A stretch of 63,739 nt of DNA, counting the filler, from Platydemus manokwari (taxonomy: Eukaryota): NCBI GenBank assembly GCA_037951405.1. It is 5 parts of 5 records of this genome, joined end to end, with 100 filler letters (N's around TTAATTAATTAA, not from the genome) between each part and the next. Parts side by side here need not be neighbours in the genome. Positions count along the whole stretch, not along the records: positions 42,380 to 63,739 come from JBBMOY011355870.1; 4 more parts are not named here. The stretch is one strand, 5' to 3'. How positions within the stretch are numbered: the first letter of the stretch is position 1; every line of letters starts with the position of its first letter. Positions 50,151-63,739 of the stretch are shown here, in pieces. A program made the position numbers and the translations under genes. The notes under the pieces were generated by a model, which did not search any database, was not told where the DNA came from, and worked only from the letters and a program-made list of their open reading frames with translations.

Positions 50151-51639
50151 TATTATCATATTAATAAATTAAAAGATTTTTAAAATAAAGAGATAAAAAG
50201 CCACTGTATATTTCAGGAATAATTAAAATGCAGTAACATTAATATTGGTATTCATTTTATTTGGAACCAATTTTTAATGAATACATTTTCTACCTTCGTA
50301 CTAAAAGATAAGTACAATGGTAATTTATAAATCGTGAACTACAAGCATATTTAATCATCAGATGTTCTAGCAATTAAGAAAATTAGTTAACAATTTATTT
50401 AATATCAAAATGTATTTTTACTTAAATGTGATAAAAATTAAAATTATCACAAAATTAAGTCTCATAAGACCTCAAAAAATGAATTGAATCAGTTTACAAT
50501 TTTAGGAGTTATTAATTATTGTATTACCATTTAAGAAACATATATCCAATTTTAGAAAATATAAGAATAACACAGCTTCAATAATCCAAAAAAGTGTAAT
50601 AAGAACGATCAAGTCAATTAATTCTCCAAGTGTAACTTAGTTTCATGTTTGGTTTGATGTACATTTATCAGGACTTGCATATTTTCCAAATAAAAATCCA
50701 CGGCAATTTTCGAAACAATTTGAAATTCTATTTTACAATTTATCATAATGATAATAATTCTTGTGTAAGTTATTTAAATTGATGCTCAGTATATTTTCTA
50801 ACAATGATATAATCGATAGATTATAATCAATTGAAATTTATAAAAATGAAAGATTATATATAATTACTAATTTATAACTTGTTATATTATCTTATTAATT
50901 CTTGTTAATAATGTTAATATCAGTTTTCAGAGTTTGGTTCGTTATTCATTTCATTGAAGAGATCACAAAACTCATTATTACATCAAACTATTACCCGATT
51001 TCAATAGCAACAACATACAATATCCATTGAATAATTTATTAAGTCAATTAGGCCTCTAATTATAGGTTATTGTTCTATTATCTACTGATTTATTCATGAT
51101 CTTTTAGTTGGAATTAATTATCAAATATCTGATATTTTAAATTTCATATATTTAGCTTTATGTTGTATAGTGTTCAAAGATATCCATTATTCAGTATATT
51201 ATTTCCAAATTAAAAGTTTGAAAATAATATCACGAATGGAAAGATTCAGAATAAATCTTTTTTAATAAATATATACATTCAGTTGTAGCAAGTATAGTTT
51301 ATTCTAACACAAACCGTGATATTTGAAGTTTTCAACTTTGCACGATGTAGTCTAAGCTATTGCGCCATTGACTATCATTGCATCAATTCTCTAGGCGCCA
51401 CTGTATATTATAAATATTTAACATTATTCGGAAAATTATTTTTTTATTAAAACAGATGTTTTAATTTTGTTGTGTGTTGCAAAAAAATTGTTGCAATTCA
51501 TTTATGAAAAGATTCTGGGGCAAAAGGGTTAAATCAATTATAGATTCGATAAATAAATTAACCAAACAGTTGTGTTGTCTTCGAGGTCCTTTATTGTTTT
51601 TACAATAATTATCATTATTATAGGTGCCTAATAACACCG

Positions 51640-52330
51640 TCTACATCTTAACAGTTATGCGGAGTTTTGATGACCTGTGATCGTTAATATTTTATGTACT
51701 TTTATCCCGATCACTTCAAATACTCGTATGATGGCGAGATGAACGGCGCTAGACAATCTATTTGTTAGAATTTTAGAATTGAACCTTTCATTCAATCTGT
51801 TTATATGGTTCTTTATTTCTCCAACAATGATTACAAAGAATTTATAAAAGGACTTAATGATTATTTTATTGATTTTTATCTTAATAATTTTAAACAATGA
51901 CACTGTCGAAATAGTAATGAATTTGTAGCGATGATAACAGGTTTGTGAAATGATTTGCCTATCAAAATCAAAAACAACACTCTGCTTAGATACAAAACTA
52001 TATTATTACAACAAATACAATTTTTTAATAATACTTTTATACATCGAAAAGCCGATTAAATTTTCACAGAAAAATGTTTAATAGTTAATAAATTCCAAAG
52101 GGCAGTAAAACCAGTTCAGTTAAACATCGATCAGGTAAACTTGAAATATATATATCGATATTTAGATGTGATTTTAATACTGAAAATATCTTACAGAATT
52201 TCTGGATCAGGTGGCTTTCTCTTCTCATTCCGACAAATAATTTTAACACTAGGTTTTTTCCGCTTAAAAACTGGCCATACACAAACTCGAATGGCTTGAA
52301 CAGCGAAGGCTTTGTTTGTCATCAAATATA
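51640..52330 (-). mobile_element. Possible tyrosine-recombinase (Crypton-like) relic
   Basis: Ordered remnants LFVGMRRESH, VSLFKI...SFY, and ILTNRLSSAVHLAIIRVFEVIGIKVHKILTITGHQNSA resemble tyrosine-recombinase box I and box II (TNHSLR..AITRLF..G....I...TGH.S). Contains stops and frameshifts. Confidence 0.45.
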
Positions 52331-53808
52331 TTTGAGTAGCATTTTTATTAATTGAGCTATAGTTTTTTCAATAATCCGGCAAAAACACTGTCTGTTTTTG
52401 GTTTTTTACTTGTTTTTGGGACTTCATTGTCTTTTGTATCTTTATAATTTATATTTACGGTATTTACATCGAATAATTGTTATCATTATAAATTATTTCA
52501 TTGGATAATTAGAATTTATAAAATTTAATTTTGTTTCCATGAGGGATTTTATGTTTGGTATTGCCTGATGTTTTCTTACATGCTGGTATTCTATGCGGTT
52601 GTTTTGTATTTATCATATTTTTCTAGTTCATCTTTCAGTTCTCGTCAAATAATAGATAATTTTATTTCAAAACCAAACCCCAATTAATTATTCGGTTCTA
52701 TTTATTATTATTTTATTCATAATTTATATATAAATAACATTTCATGAATTGGTCACATTTCATATACAGTATAGTTCAACCATTATCTCTTTTGTGTTTA
52801 AGAGATATTTCATCAGAAAGATATATGGTAGTAGGATTTCAAAAACTTACTTTTATTTCCAATTATCATTTTCGTCACACATTTTTCAAGATAAAAAATA
52901 TACACTTAATACAATTAATTGTCTCATGCAAAAGAGTCTTTTCCACAACATAAAGAATAAATACTATTTATACATAGATTTTGACAATTTGACAAATAGA
53001 TTTCTTAAAACTTCAACTGTTATGTTAGAACCATTAATGTGGGAAAATAAATATTAATAGAAAAATAATACTTTCATAAGTAGATGGATGAAGCTTGATT
53101 AATAAATTTTTGCAATTAATGTTAGTATTTTTTGCATTAATTTATTTCATTAGGTTCAATGTTATCCGAAATGTGATGAATCAGCTCAAAAAATTCATAA
53201 ACTGGCTAAATGGATTAAAGTAGTTGAAACTTTACAGTATAGCATCGACTACATGTTGAGAATTATAGAGTTGTTGGTCATTTTAGTACTGATTCATATC
53301 GAATTAATATTTTCAAAAAAAGGGAGTTCAAATAAATAGTAAGCTTTCCAATAGTACAAAACCAATACCTGTAACCACCAATATCTGTATAGAAAAAGCT
53401 ATTAGTTGAAGTTGTATTCAGTAAATTTATAATTCTATTTTGAAAGCGAATTTTTCATCAATTGATTTAGTATTTTTATAGAGGTATTGTTATAATTCTT
53501 TTTATTCTCTTAGTATAATTTAAACTAGGGCACAGAATTGATTGGAAAATTAGTTTCTTTTAATAAATGCAGTATACTGGTACCAAGATCTAGATAAAAT
53601 TAAACATGTTATTTTATTGTTAAAATCAGAGAAATAAGTTCAGGAAACTTGACAGGATTTGACATCTACTTTAGTTAAGCCATCTAAAGTTTCCAATTTC
53701 ATTAGAAGTATTTAATTTAATTCAGTTCTTATTTAAATTTTTTTCAGATTATGTTGGAATAATTTCCTTTTCATTAAATGTCTTTTCTTTGTTTAAATCA
53801 TTAATATA

Positions 53809-54383
53809 CCGTGTGATTCATTAGTCTGTCTCTAAAGCTAAAATAAAACAACAGTAAGAACAACTAAAAGTATTGAGTTACTTTAATGAACAACAAAACA
53901 CAATAACAGTAAGAACAAATAACGGTAAATAATAAGCAATTTCAAAGCAACTGTTCAAAATGTTCACCATCTTGCTCCAAACAGAGATTGCAACGTTTCA
54001 TGAAGCTTGAATAACATTTACGGACGACTTCTTGGTTGATGTTTATTAATTCATGTGAAATTACAGTTTCTAGTATTGCAGTCTTGTTCTAGCTGGTGGT
54101 ACACAATTGAAATGTTGTTGAAATTCTTGACAAGCTTTGGCACTATTATGGTACACTACTGCATGGCTAAGTATAAAAACTCTATGCCTAAGCGAAAATT
54201 TAACATCACCAGCTGCTTCCGCTATCTTGTAATCACACAACTGATTAATAAGAAATAAGAAATAAAGTACACTAATCAGTGAATAATTATTATTATCAAT
54301 GAGTATAAATATGCGAATATAAATTATATTGTGTTTTGTTGTTTTATTTTAGTTTTAGAGAACGAGATTTATTAATCACACGG
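53809..54383 (-). mobile_element. 575-bp internally deleted Tc1/mariner-superfamily element with TIRs and TA target duplication
   Basis: TA|CCGTGTGATT...TCTCTAAA.CTAAAATAAAACAACA at the left end and its inverted copy ending AATCACACGG|TA at the right end. The interior keeps the transposase N-terminus (FSLRHRVFIL...AKACQEFQQHFNCVPPAR) close to the C-terminus (INQEVVRKCYSSFMKRCNLCLEQDGEHFEQLL*). Confidence 0.88.
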
Positions 54384-56559
54384 TAAATTATGGATATATT
54401 CCTGACAATCGAAGGATGATGATTCAGAATTATTACGATAATCCATGAGTATCAGACAAATTAAAACTTTACAAACGAATAGCTAATTTACATTACTTTT
54501 CTCTTTCCATTGTAATTCAATCACCTTTGAGATAAATATAATTTTTAATTCAGGCATCAAATTTTCTTATTCTCCTATTGATTAATCTTTCAAGACATTT
54601 TGTGACCTCTCTGTTTAATTATATTGACTGTCGCTCAGTAAAAGAAATTAACTGAGTTTCGGGTTGATAATTCACTTCCAACGTTTATATTTGTATATCT
54701 CGTTATGGAAGTCGGTACTTTTGACCTTAAAGATATTTAGACCCCAAATTCGCAACTATGATTTACACAATCACAATTGAAATACATTTCTAAAACCTGC
54801 GATATTTTTATAATCAAGTAAATCAAACAAGTTCAGAGTCCTCAAGTTAGATTGAAAATTATCGAATTATCGAAATTAAAATCATTGATACAAAATTCAA
54901 ATAGATACTCTATCGAAAAAGAAGTAAAAATATTGATTTTATGTAAATTGCAGTGAAATCGTATTTATTTATAAATTTTCTTTGAGTTTATATAAAAGAG
55001 AATAAAATTACATGAGTTCACTTCTATATATAGATCTGTTTTACTTACTAGATGTAGTTCGGAAGCAGATTAGATAAGCAAGACTTCACTCTATATTCGA
55101 AGTCAGAGTATAAATTTTAGAGATTTTATCGATAAATATAAGAAAAGCTGTTTACTTATAATATGCTATGCACATTATCTATAATGATCATTAGTTATAT
55201 ATCCCCATATATTTATTATTATTATGGAGATTCTGGATTTTCACAATGACCGATAGATTATGGGATATCTTTTCAAATAGATTCTTCACTACTTCATACT
55301 ATTGTTTTCTATAATCATACACAACAAAGGCCAATTCTTTATTTTGGTAATTTATGATGACCCATTGTTATTTAAGTTTAAACATAAAACTCGCAGAGAA
55401 ATTATCGGTGGTGATTTCTTATCAGAGTGAACGTTAAGAAGGTCGTGGTTCGAGTTTTACACCAAAGAGTAAAGAATAGGACAATTTTAAAAATTTTCAA
55501 CATAATTAGAAATAATTAAGAACTAAAAAACGCTGATGTGCATTGATCGAAGACTTCTTAATAACTCAACGTTATCGAAATAATTCACAGGTCAGTAACA
55601 TGAATATTTTGAAATTTCGGTCTTTTATTTATCAATAAAAACCAGTCGATGATTTTCTCAATCATAATAATATTAGTTGGAGTTTCCCATATAAGTTCGT
55701 CATAATCACGGTTTTGCCATGAATAATCTATAAAATATACGAAACATGTATCTTTCTTGCCGAATAATTGAATTACAAACCAATAAATATCACAGTCTAT
55801 CTGCCCATGCAAATATGAAACTAATAAGAATTGAAAATGTATAGCATTTCCTATGAAAATATTATTTTCTATGTTTATTGACAAAATCGCCAGAGTATAT
55901 TATTATCATTAATTCTATGTCTTTCATTATTTCTCTTCTTACTATTATTATGGTAATCGAAAAATCTTCATTCTAAACTTCACTGTGTTTTGCAAGTGGT
56001 GAAATGCGATGGGTTTTTATTTAGATGAAAAGTAAAATTAAAGTTGGGATTAATATTTTTGATAATATTATATAATCCAATTAGGTATGTATTAAATACT
56101 CGATTGATTTAAAAATAAATTCAGAAAATCAATAAAAATTGATTATTTTTTTCAAAAATATTCATGATATATATTCTCACCTAACAAAGATTTGTAGATA
56201 AAACAAGCATTTGTAAATAAAAAATTATCATTGTATGACATTCAAATCTATCAATGTATTAGAGTAGTATAATTATGAACATATAATATTCACTCTGATA
56301 TTTTTCATTCTGAATATGGCGTACAAATCAATTTGATTATATCATGTTTAGTTAATGACTGTAATTTTTCTTTCGTGTTTTATTGTCTTAGTAAGAAGTT
56401 TTCATATTGATATTTGTTAAAAAAATTGGTGATTTAAGCTAAGAAGTTATCAAAATCGATGAAGAAATAAATAATAAGAATTAAAACAAACACAGGTTTA
56501 AAGTTAACCTTTTAAATTTCAAAGCAGCAAAGATAATTAATTAGCACCTAATTTGAAAA

Positions 56560-57070
56560 ATAACAAATCAATGACAAATAAAAAAATGTCGAGTGAGAAT
56601 CTCAAACCACTTTGAGACTTTGTCCGAAGCAGCAAGCTAATGGTAAAAATTCTAAATAAAATCTTTTGCAATATCGAAATTGCATCCCGTCTTTCAGCTG
56701 TAATTATTGTAATGGTAGTGTATGACATAATTCTTTTAGTTCACACTATCAGTTGTTTTATATAAATAAATTTCTCTTTTTAAGCTTATCTTATAGATCC
56801 TATTTGTTATGTGCTAAAGAATCGAAACAGATTCACGCAGTCGTACATTATTGATAGAATTATAATTCCTATCCATATTCATTTGTTTAATCTGCTCTTG
56901 AACGATATAATTTTTGCAAGATTCAATAGAACTTCGAGCACATTCAAAGCAATTAATCTGTTATTAAATAAAGTTTCATTGACGATAATCATTGACCTAA
57001 AGTTGCGTGAACACTTAATTTCAGTTTACATCATTAAATTCCAAGTAATAATCTACATAGTACCCTAGAA
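56560..57070 (-). mobile_element. Possible LINE AP-endonuclease relic
   Basis: Broken frames read IITWN...MIIVNET...KNYIV...SLDIFL, in the order of APE motifs. Confidence 0.35.
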
Positions 57071-57639
57071 GCCCCATAAGACATGCTTAACTAGTGAACC
57101 ACAGATTCATCAGTAGGAATAAACAAAACAAATCTATATTTATTGTTTGAGTATAATTGCTAAATTACTGGAAAAAGTCGGTAAATTTCTCTTTTAACTT
57201 TTGGCATGACACCTCTAAATAATCTCCTAATCTAATTAATACCATATTAATTATTAGTATCAATGTGTTTACCTTTCACAGTTTTCTCAGTTGTTAATAA
57301 ATAACAAATATCATATCTGAATAACTTCCTCTCTTAAGATTTTGGATAAGAATTCATGATTTTTAAAATGTGGTTTTGAGAACTAAATAAGAAAATTTTA
57401 TTGATTTTATTCAATTTGACTTGAAATTAGTTTGATAGATAAAAAATAACTAATTGAATGAAATAATCTAATAAAAACATTTATTCTAAATGCAATTTCA
57501 TTTTTAATTTTTATAAAATAAACAAATTTAACTTTAACTTAACAAATACTTTAAAATATATCCGATAAATTCCTTGGATTCGTTATAAAATAATATCCCA
57601 TTTTATATTGTTGAGAATATGTTCTATGGACTAGGAATT

Positions 57640-57880
57640 AAGTCAAACATATTAATATTAAATTTCTACGAAATGGCTCATAAAGTCAAATATAAATGTG
57701 AGCTATCTGCAATGGGGATTGTACACGGGAAAGAGCACAGCAACATAGACATCTTTAAAAATAGGGGAAGAGGATATCCAAGACAACATCGACTAGACGG
57801 AGGAGACAGAATTGATTGTATGGTTGAACTAGTGAATTGTGATTCATTGATTGATCGAAAGAAATAACCATGTACATCCC
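57640..57880 (+). mobile_element. RTE-clade LINE 3' fragment
   Basis: GIVHGKE...RGRGYPRQHRLDG...LIDRKK resembles the RTE ORF C-terminus (GK..G.R.RGRPR.RWLD.......DR..W). Confidence 0.55.
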
Positions 57881-60800
57881 ATGTTTTAATGTATGGGTAT
57901 CTCGAATATCAATGTTTATGAATAAATATTAGTAGTTTCAGCAGTAACCAATTTAAATTTTCACTTATTTAAAACCATTTTGATACAAAGTGAAAAAATA
58001 ATAGCTTAACTAACATAAACATCTTTAATCAAAAGAATTTACGTCCATTCGATTGATCATTAATGTAATAAAAAATATTAACTGTAATATTAATTACTTT
58101 CAAATCGAAAAATTATAACAAAAATTCTTTCGATAACAAATACCAATTGATTGAAATTTCTATTCCGTTGTCATAAATTTTAAAATTCATACAAATTTTT
58201 ATATTAAAAACAAGATGCTTGCTAAAAGCCCAAACTGAGCCCCAACTAATCCATTGAAAATCACAATTTTTAATTTTGACTTAAAGGAATTAATTAGACG
58301 AAATTAAAAAAGAAAATAACACTCATAGATCGAAGCATTATACCAGAATTATTAAGTTCAATTAAAGTTGATTGCTGTTTGATAATATTTAATTATAAAT
58401 GTTACACAGAACAATTTCGATTTCAGATCAGAATTTTTGAAATTAATCATGATCGAACAAATTTGAAACACTGATTTCGATAACAGATTTAAATAAGAAA
58501 TACAAACTTAAAATATTGATATTATCGAGGAAATGAACTCGTACCATTTTAAGTATAAGCAAAATAATTACGATATAACATTAATTTATTTCTTTAACAA
58601 GGTTGCTTAATTGACTTTGTTTAGATTTGAAAAAGTAATTGATCATTTCTTCTAACAAAAATAACAGCAAAATTCATTTCATTTAATTAAGAAAAAGATT
58701 TTAAAATATAGACGTGTTTTATGATTATTAACTTTATATCATTTGATATGGATGAGATATCTCACAAAATTGAAAATAAATCTTGATTATAGACAGCGTT
58801 TTTTTATTATTCTATTTTTATTAAAATCGAAGACGGAATTAAAATCGCTTCTGAAATTTCTTGTTATTTCACACAGCATAGGATAACTTAAAATAAACGT
58901 GGTGTTGTGGGAAAGTTAATATAAGTGAACAATTTAAACAAGCAATACTGAAAATTTAAAATTTAAATAAGAACTTCATAAAGCTGAAAAATTTTTTTAA
59001 AAATACTAAAGGCTCGCAAAACTAATTTTAGAAAATAAGATAAAATTTTAAGTGATAAGCAAAAAAGGCTGCGATGTTGAAAATAAATGATGAGAAATTA
59101 TTTATTGCATTAGTATATTTCGATTGTGATTGGTGTATTTTATAAGAGGAATGAAAAATTATAAAAAATTTCTAAGATACATTAATAAGAAATGTAATTA
59201 CAAGAAATGAATCACAATTATAAATTTTCTACATGATAATTTATTTCTTAATTTTCAATAAATGAAATGAAATGTTATTCATATGAATGTAAACAATAAA
59301 TAAATTGTTGAAAGGAAATTCGATAAATTTGTATTAACAAATAGATTCATCGCATTAACCATTCATGTACAAGCTCAGGAAACATTTGTGCAAAATTTTT
59401 TAGAGCAAATTAGAGATGAAGTTTTCCTAAATTATTTAATTCATTAAAGTGAAAATTAAGGATTCTTGGATAAATTTGTTGTATTAGAATTATTATGCTT
59501 CTTAACACAAATTCCATGCTATGTAACAGATTATTTAATTACTCAAAGTCTTTAGAAAGACACCGAAATTTTATTTAAAATAATAATTCCATTTTTAAAC
59601 AACACTTTTAAAAAGTAAATTTTAATTATATTTACTGTTTTCAAAATTTCCTTTTTATTTGTAATTCGGTAAATATAGGTTTTGAAAAATGTATAAGATT
59701 CTTTCATAAGACCTTTTAAAAAGTAATGATAGATAAAATTCTTAAAAATCTTCTTTTTGGAAGAAAATATGGGCTGAATTCAAAGAAGTTCATAGTTGAT
59801 TTCAACAATTGACGTCAAAAATTATTACCTTGGAAGATACTCAGAAACATGCTTTGGAATACATCTCTCCTAGTTGTATTTCACCTATTGTTAGATCTTT
59901 TAACAAATAATGAGTTGGTGTAATGGTGAATGAAACTATACGCGTATATTTTCGCATTTTTATAAGGCCACGAATACAGATAACTAAAAGAAATGGACAT
60001 CAATGTGAACAAGTACTACCAAAAAGACTCACAGATATCGTTTTATGACTTTCTCAGAACCTTTTTCTGAACTCACATTCAGCGAATCCACACAAATATA
60101 AAAAATTATCTTTAAACACTCTCTCCAATAATTACCTCTAAGTAATTAATTTTGGTGATCCCAAAATTCATTCAGACATTATCTTTAACGATCCTTAATT
60201 CCTCAGAAATTCTTTAATAACTTCGTGATTTCTTTCTGATAATAAAAGAAATTTATTTTATGATATTTTATGATCGATACCTGAACAGATCTAATCATTA
60301 TTACAGGAAAAGTCATAAAAACGAATCCTTAAAATCCAGCATCAAAGTCACTTGTGCAAAACTGCACAACGGAGAAATGTAAAGGTATAATGCAACTATA
60401 TGTGAGTATTGGCTCAATCAAATATTTGCATGTGTGCAATATATTGATATTGATTAGTGGTAAAAATGTGAGAAATATCAACAATATTAAAAATAATAAT
60501 CATCATGCAACATTCATGGTAAAATAGAAACAAAATTATTAAGACCATGTGTAGTTGAAATAATCTGTATGAAAAATAAAGTGTTCGTGTGAAAATGCCA
60601 GCCATTTGAAATAATTCAATGGAATGGAATAAAAATACTTAAATTTCCCATGACAAACCATCCAAAAATGTGGACACGCAAGCGGAGCAAACAGCCATTA
60701 AAAATCACTAAATCCGATCGACAAGAAGCTTGTAGGAACTTAGAAATCTTCAAAAGACGGGAACCTGATAAACAATTGGAAGCATATCAATTTCGAATAT

Positions 60801-61179
60801 TTGAAACGTATTGAATAAATTTCACAATTTTTATCTTTGTTAACTTGCAGGTTTGTAAAATATGATAAAAGTATTATTATTTTAAAATATATATATTTAA
60901 AATTTTGGGTCGGAACAAGGGATCAATTCACTCATTTTCTCAGCCATCACAAGTTAAATAGTCAGTGTTGGGGTTTGATTAAGATCGTTTGGTTTATGAT
61001 TTTTAATAAAAATAATGAAAAATGGAATGTCATATAGTTCACATTTGAGTTAGTCAGCTGACATGGTAAATGGAATTTTCAATAAACGAGACTGATTAAT
61101 AACCTTCAAAATTGGAACTAAACAACTCACATGATTTCAGAAATCCCAAATAACAATATTAAATCAAATATAGTTTAAG

Positions 61180-61640
61180 ACTTTATGGATATAAAAGGTG
61201 AGCGGCGATCTTTTAATGGATGATAAACTTGTTTCAACGTGCATACCAGTACAACACAAATTACTTTATAGGTGCTTTGTATACAATTTTGATATCGAAT
61301 TCCTAAAAGCCTAAGATAAATTAATTCTTGAATTTGAGTTGAATGTCTGTCATACAAATCACGATTTCCAGTAAATACATGAATAAACAACTTTGTAGTC
61401 ATAATATTTTTGTGCGAAGTTTAATGCGTCAGCTGGTAGCTTATGTAGCTGAACTGGCTTTGCTTTAAGTCGCTCTTTTCAATTTGTCTGTCCTATTACA
61501 GTAAAAATGTTGTTTTCAATAATGTCTTTGTGTTCTGACTTCTGTGCCTTTGTTATGTACATATTGAGTTATTAATTCTGGTCATTTCATCTCACAACGA
61601 TGGCCTTGTTATTGATTCAAAGGTCAGTTATAAATTTAAA
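61180..61640 (-). mobile_element. Tc1-like transposase relic (N-terminal part)
   Basis: Broken frames read RPSL...KAKPVQLHKLPADALNFAQKY...YWKS...CIQSTYK, resembling RKKP.L......RL.FA..Y...W..VIFSDE...C..PTVK. Confidence 0.5.
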
Positions 61641-63019
61641 CAAGCTTTAATTAATGATTCATCAGTTTATAAATGTCTATTTTATTATTATATATTATTA
61701 TTATATAATTCATGTACTCCACAGAACCCACAGCTTAACACAATTAAAACTTCAAGTAACATCCGAAAATGTATTTAATATAATAAATATTCTTCATTTA
61801 AAATTCTTTAAATAACTTCATAAAAAAGTTTTGACTTATCAGTTTTTTTTTGCCAGTTTTGAGATGTATTGTTTTTATTATTTCTTGTGTCATTTTTCAA
61901 ACTTGTTTTTAGCAGTAGTTAATTGGAACATAAATATTGAGTTAATAAAGAACCCAGGGTATTTTTCATTGTTTCTATCTGATCTATTCGCTAGGAATTT
62001 TAACCAATCTTTTGCAACAAAAATCTCTTATATTTTTCAATAACGTTTACGATAATTATTTTCTTTTCTTCAGTGATCGATTTTATTGCATTTTCCTGAG
62101 TGTTTCTCGATAATTTGGTCTCTAAGAAAAAGCAAAAGTGCTATTTTGGTTTAAAATTCCTGCGAAACAATCTTGAAAAATAAACTTTTCATTTTACTTT
62201 ATTTTCAAATAAATATGATCTTACCTTTATAATTACTATAAATAGTTGATCTCGATTTTTTTCAAGTTTATCAAAGTTTTCCAACAAATCTAAAAAGATT
62301 GTGTTTTCAAAATTCATGAACATATTATCAATATTCAATTGACTAATATCTCGCTGATTAAATAGAGATTAGGTGACTTTTACTCGCTCTTGCACACTGA
62401 AGACAATAAAGGTTATTAAATCTATTATTGGTCTATATGTTATGAATTCAGTGCTATCAAACCTAGTGATTAAATTTCTCAACACGAAATGACAAAAATG
62501 AAGAAAAACACTGATGATTATATTTAAATAATGTTTTCGAGTTATACATAAGGTTATGTCTTACAGCTTTCATGGAATTTAATAATGACAAACTCTCATT
62601 AAATCTGACTCTCTCTGTGAATATTATACACTAAGGATAACAATAAAAATATTGATGTTTTTTGGAAGTCTTTAACATTGTCTTAAGAGGCTAATGATTT
62701 TTATAAATAAATTTCTTTTCCAGATTTCGATGAAATATCTAATAATACAAACTTAAATTTTAATTGAATTAAAAGAGTTGACTTAACAAGTTCTGACGAC
62801 TGAGATATTATCAAATCAACAATATATTTCAACGCAACAATTCTTCGTAAAAATAATTCAAATAAATTCTCCAGTCGATCGAAGAATAAGTGTTAAGAGC
62901 AGAAATGATGCAAGCAACTTAAATCTGGTATATAAGGAAAATGAGAATTGCTGATCAAACCAAGAGTAAAGATTATTAAAAACCTTCTTTATAGTGATAA
63001 AAAAATGATAAAAATATTT

Positions 63020-63385
63020 ATCACCGGTGGCCTTTTTGGATCTCCGGATCCTCACAATAACAAGATCCTTTCGAATATCGGACTGGACAAAAAGCAAATC
63101 TCAAGGTTCTAAATGGAGGCACAGCTCAGAGATGACTACGCGATTTACAAGGCTCATACGGACCAAAGGAAACAAAATAATACTCTCTAACACTGATCAG
63201 CTAAAACAACAAGGATATAACAGAGCTATTCGGTAATGTTGTAAAGCAAATGAGAAGACTTCAAATGAAGAAATCTCGAATAAGAATATCACAAACATCG
63301 TTCTTAAGAATTCAATTCAAAAGTGGACATGAAGACTTGCTCCAACGAGTCGTGAAAATTTTAAAATATTTGTATAATAAATCTT
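63020..63385 (+). mobile_element. 5'-truncated second copy of the RLE-type non-LTR family seen at 7760-11450
   Basis: Reads GLFGSPDPHNNKILSNIGLDKKQI and shares nucleotide blocks with the reverse complement of 7765-8150: TCGAATATCGGACT, TCATACGGACCAAAG, CAGCTAAAACAACAA, GAAGACTTCAAATGAAGAAATCTCGAAT, AATAAATC. Confidence 0.9.
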
Positions 63386-63739
63386 AGTTGACTAATAAGT
63401 TAACCAAAACGAGTTTTAAAAATGTAGCAACATGTAAAATTCTATTATTGTGCTGGACATTCATTCTGAAGCCAAAACACAATCAATATAAGTGTTGAAT
63501 TTAGAAAAAAGTTAACCACAAAAACAGCCCACATAAAAACCATTAGAGGACCTCAAACAGACATGGGCTTACAAAAATATAAACATTCGTTAAAAAGACG
63601 AATAAACGACTCATAGAGTTATGTTTTCAGATGTAGTTCAAAAATCTGATTATTAATTATTCGAACTGAAATCACATTTTCAGAATCATAAGAGAACAAA
63701 TATCAATTGATAACAAAATTACACATGAACAAAAAATTT

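Noticed and set aside
51380-51405. Tc1-like terminus ...GCGCCACTG|TA
   Set aside because: No matching opposite TIR found in the contig, so an element cannot be delimited.

Overview
AT-rich eukaryotic (animal-like) genomic DNA, not prokaryotic. The window is five contigs joined by artificial 100-nt spacers (44 N + TTAATTAATTAA + 44 N at 11681-11780, 20669-20768, 31688-31787, 42280-42379), so adjacency across spacers may not be real. Host genes are split by GT-AG introns, many of them 44-53 nt, and all are partial: the 5' exons of a NIM1-type kinase, the 5' exons of a MAST kinase with a probable alternative first exon, most of HMCES, the 3' exons of NudE/NDEL1, and the last exon of a Src42A/FRK-like tyrosine kinase. 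Intergenic DNA is full of decayed transposon relics (Gypsy, RLE-type non-LTR, RTE, Tc1/mariner, possibly Merlin, Copia and Crypton). The standout is an apparently intact CR1/L2-group LINE (11922-17297). Its ORF1 carries a degenerate SGNH-esterase-like domain and a C-terminal OTU-type cysteine protease domain. ORF1 is in the same frame as the endonuclease/RT ORF2 and separated from it by a single UGA in the leaky UGA-CUA context, with no AUG before the first endonuclease motif. This suggests a 1791-aa readthrough polyprotein with its own protease/deubiquitinase. All family assignments are by eye from motifs; no database searches were run.
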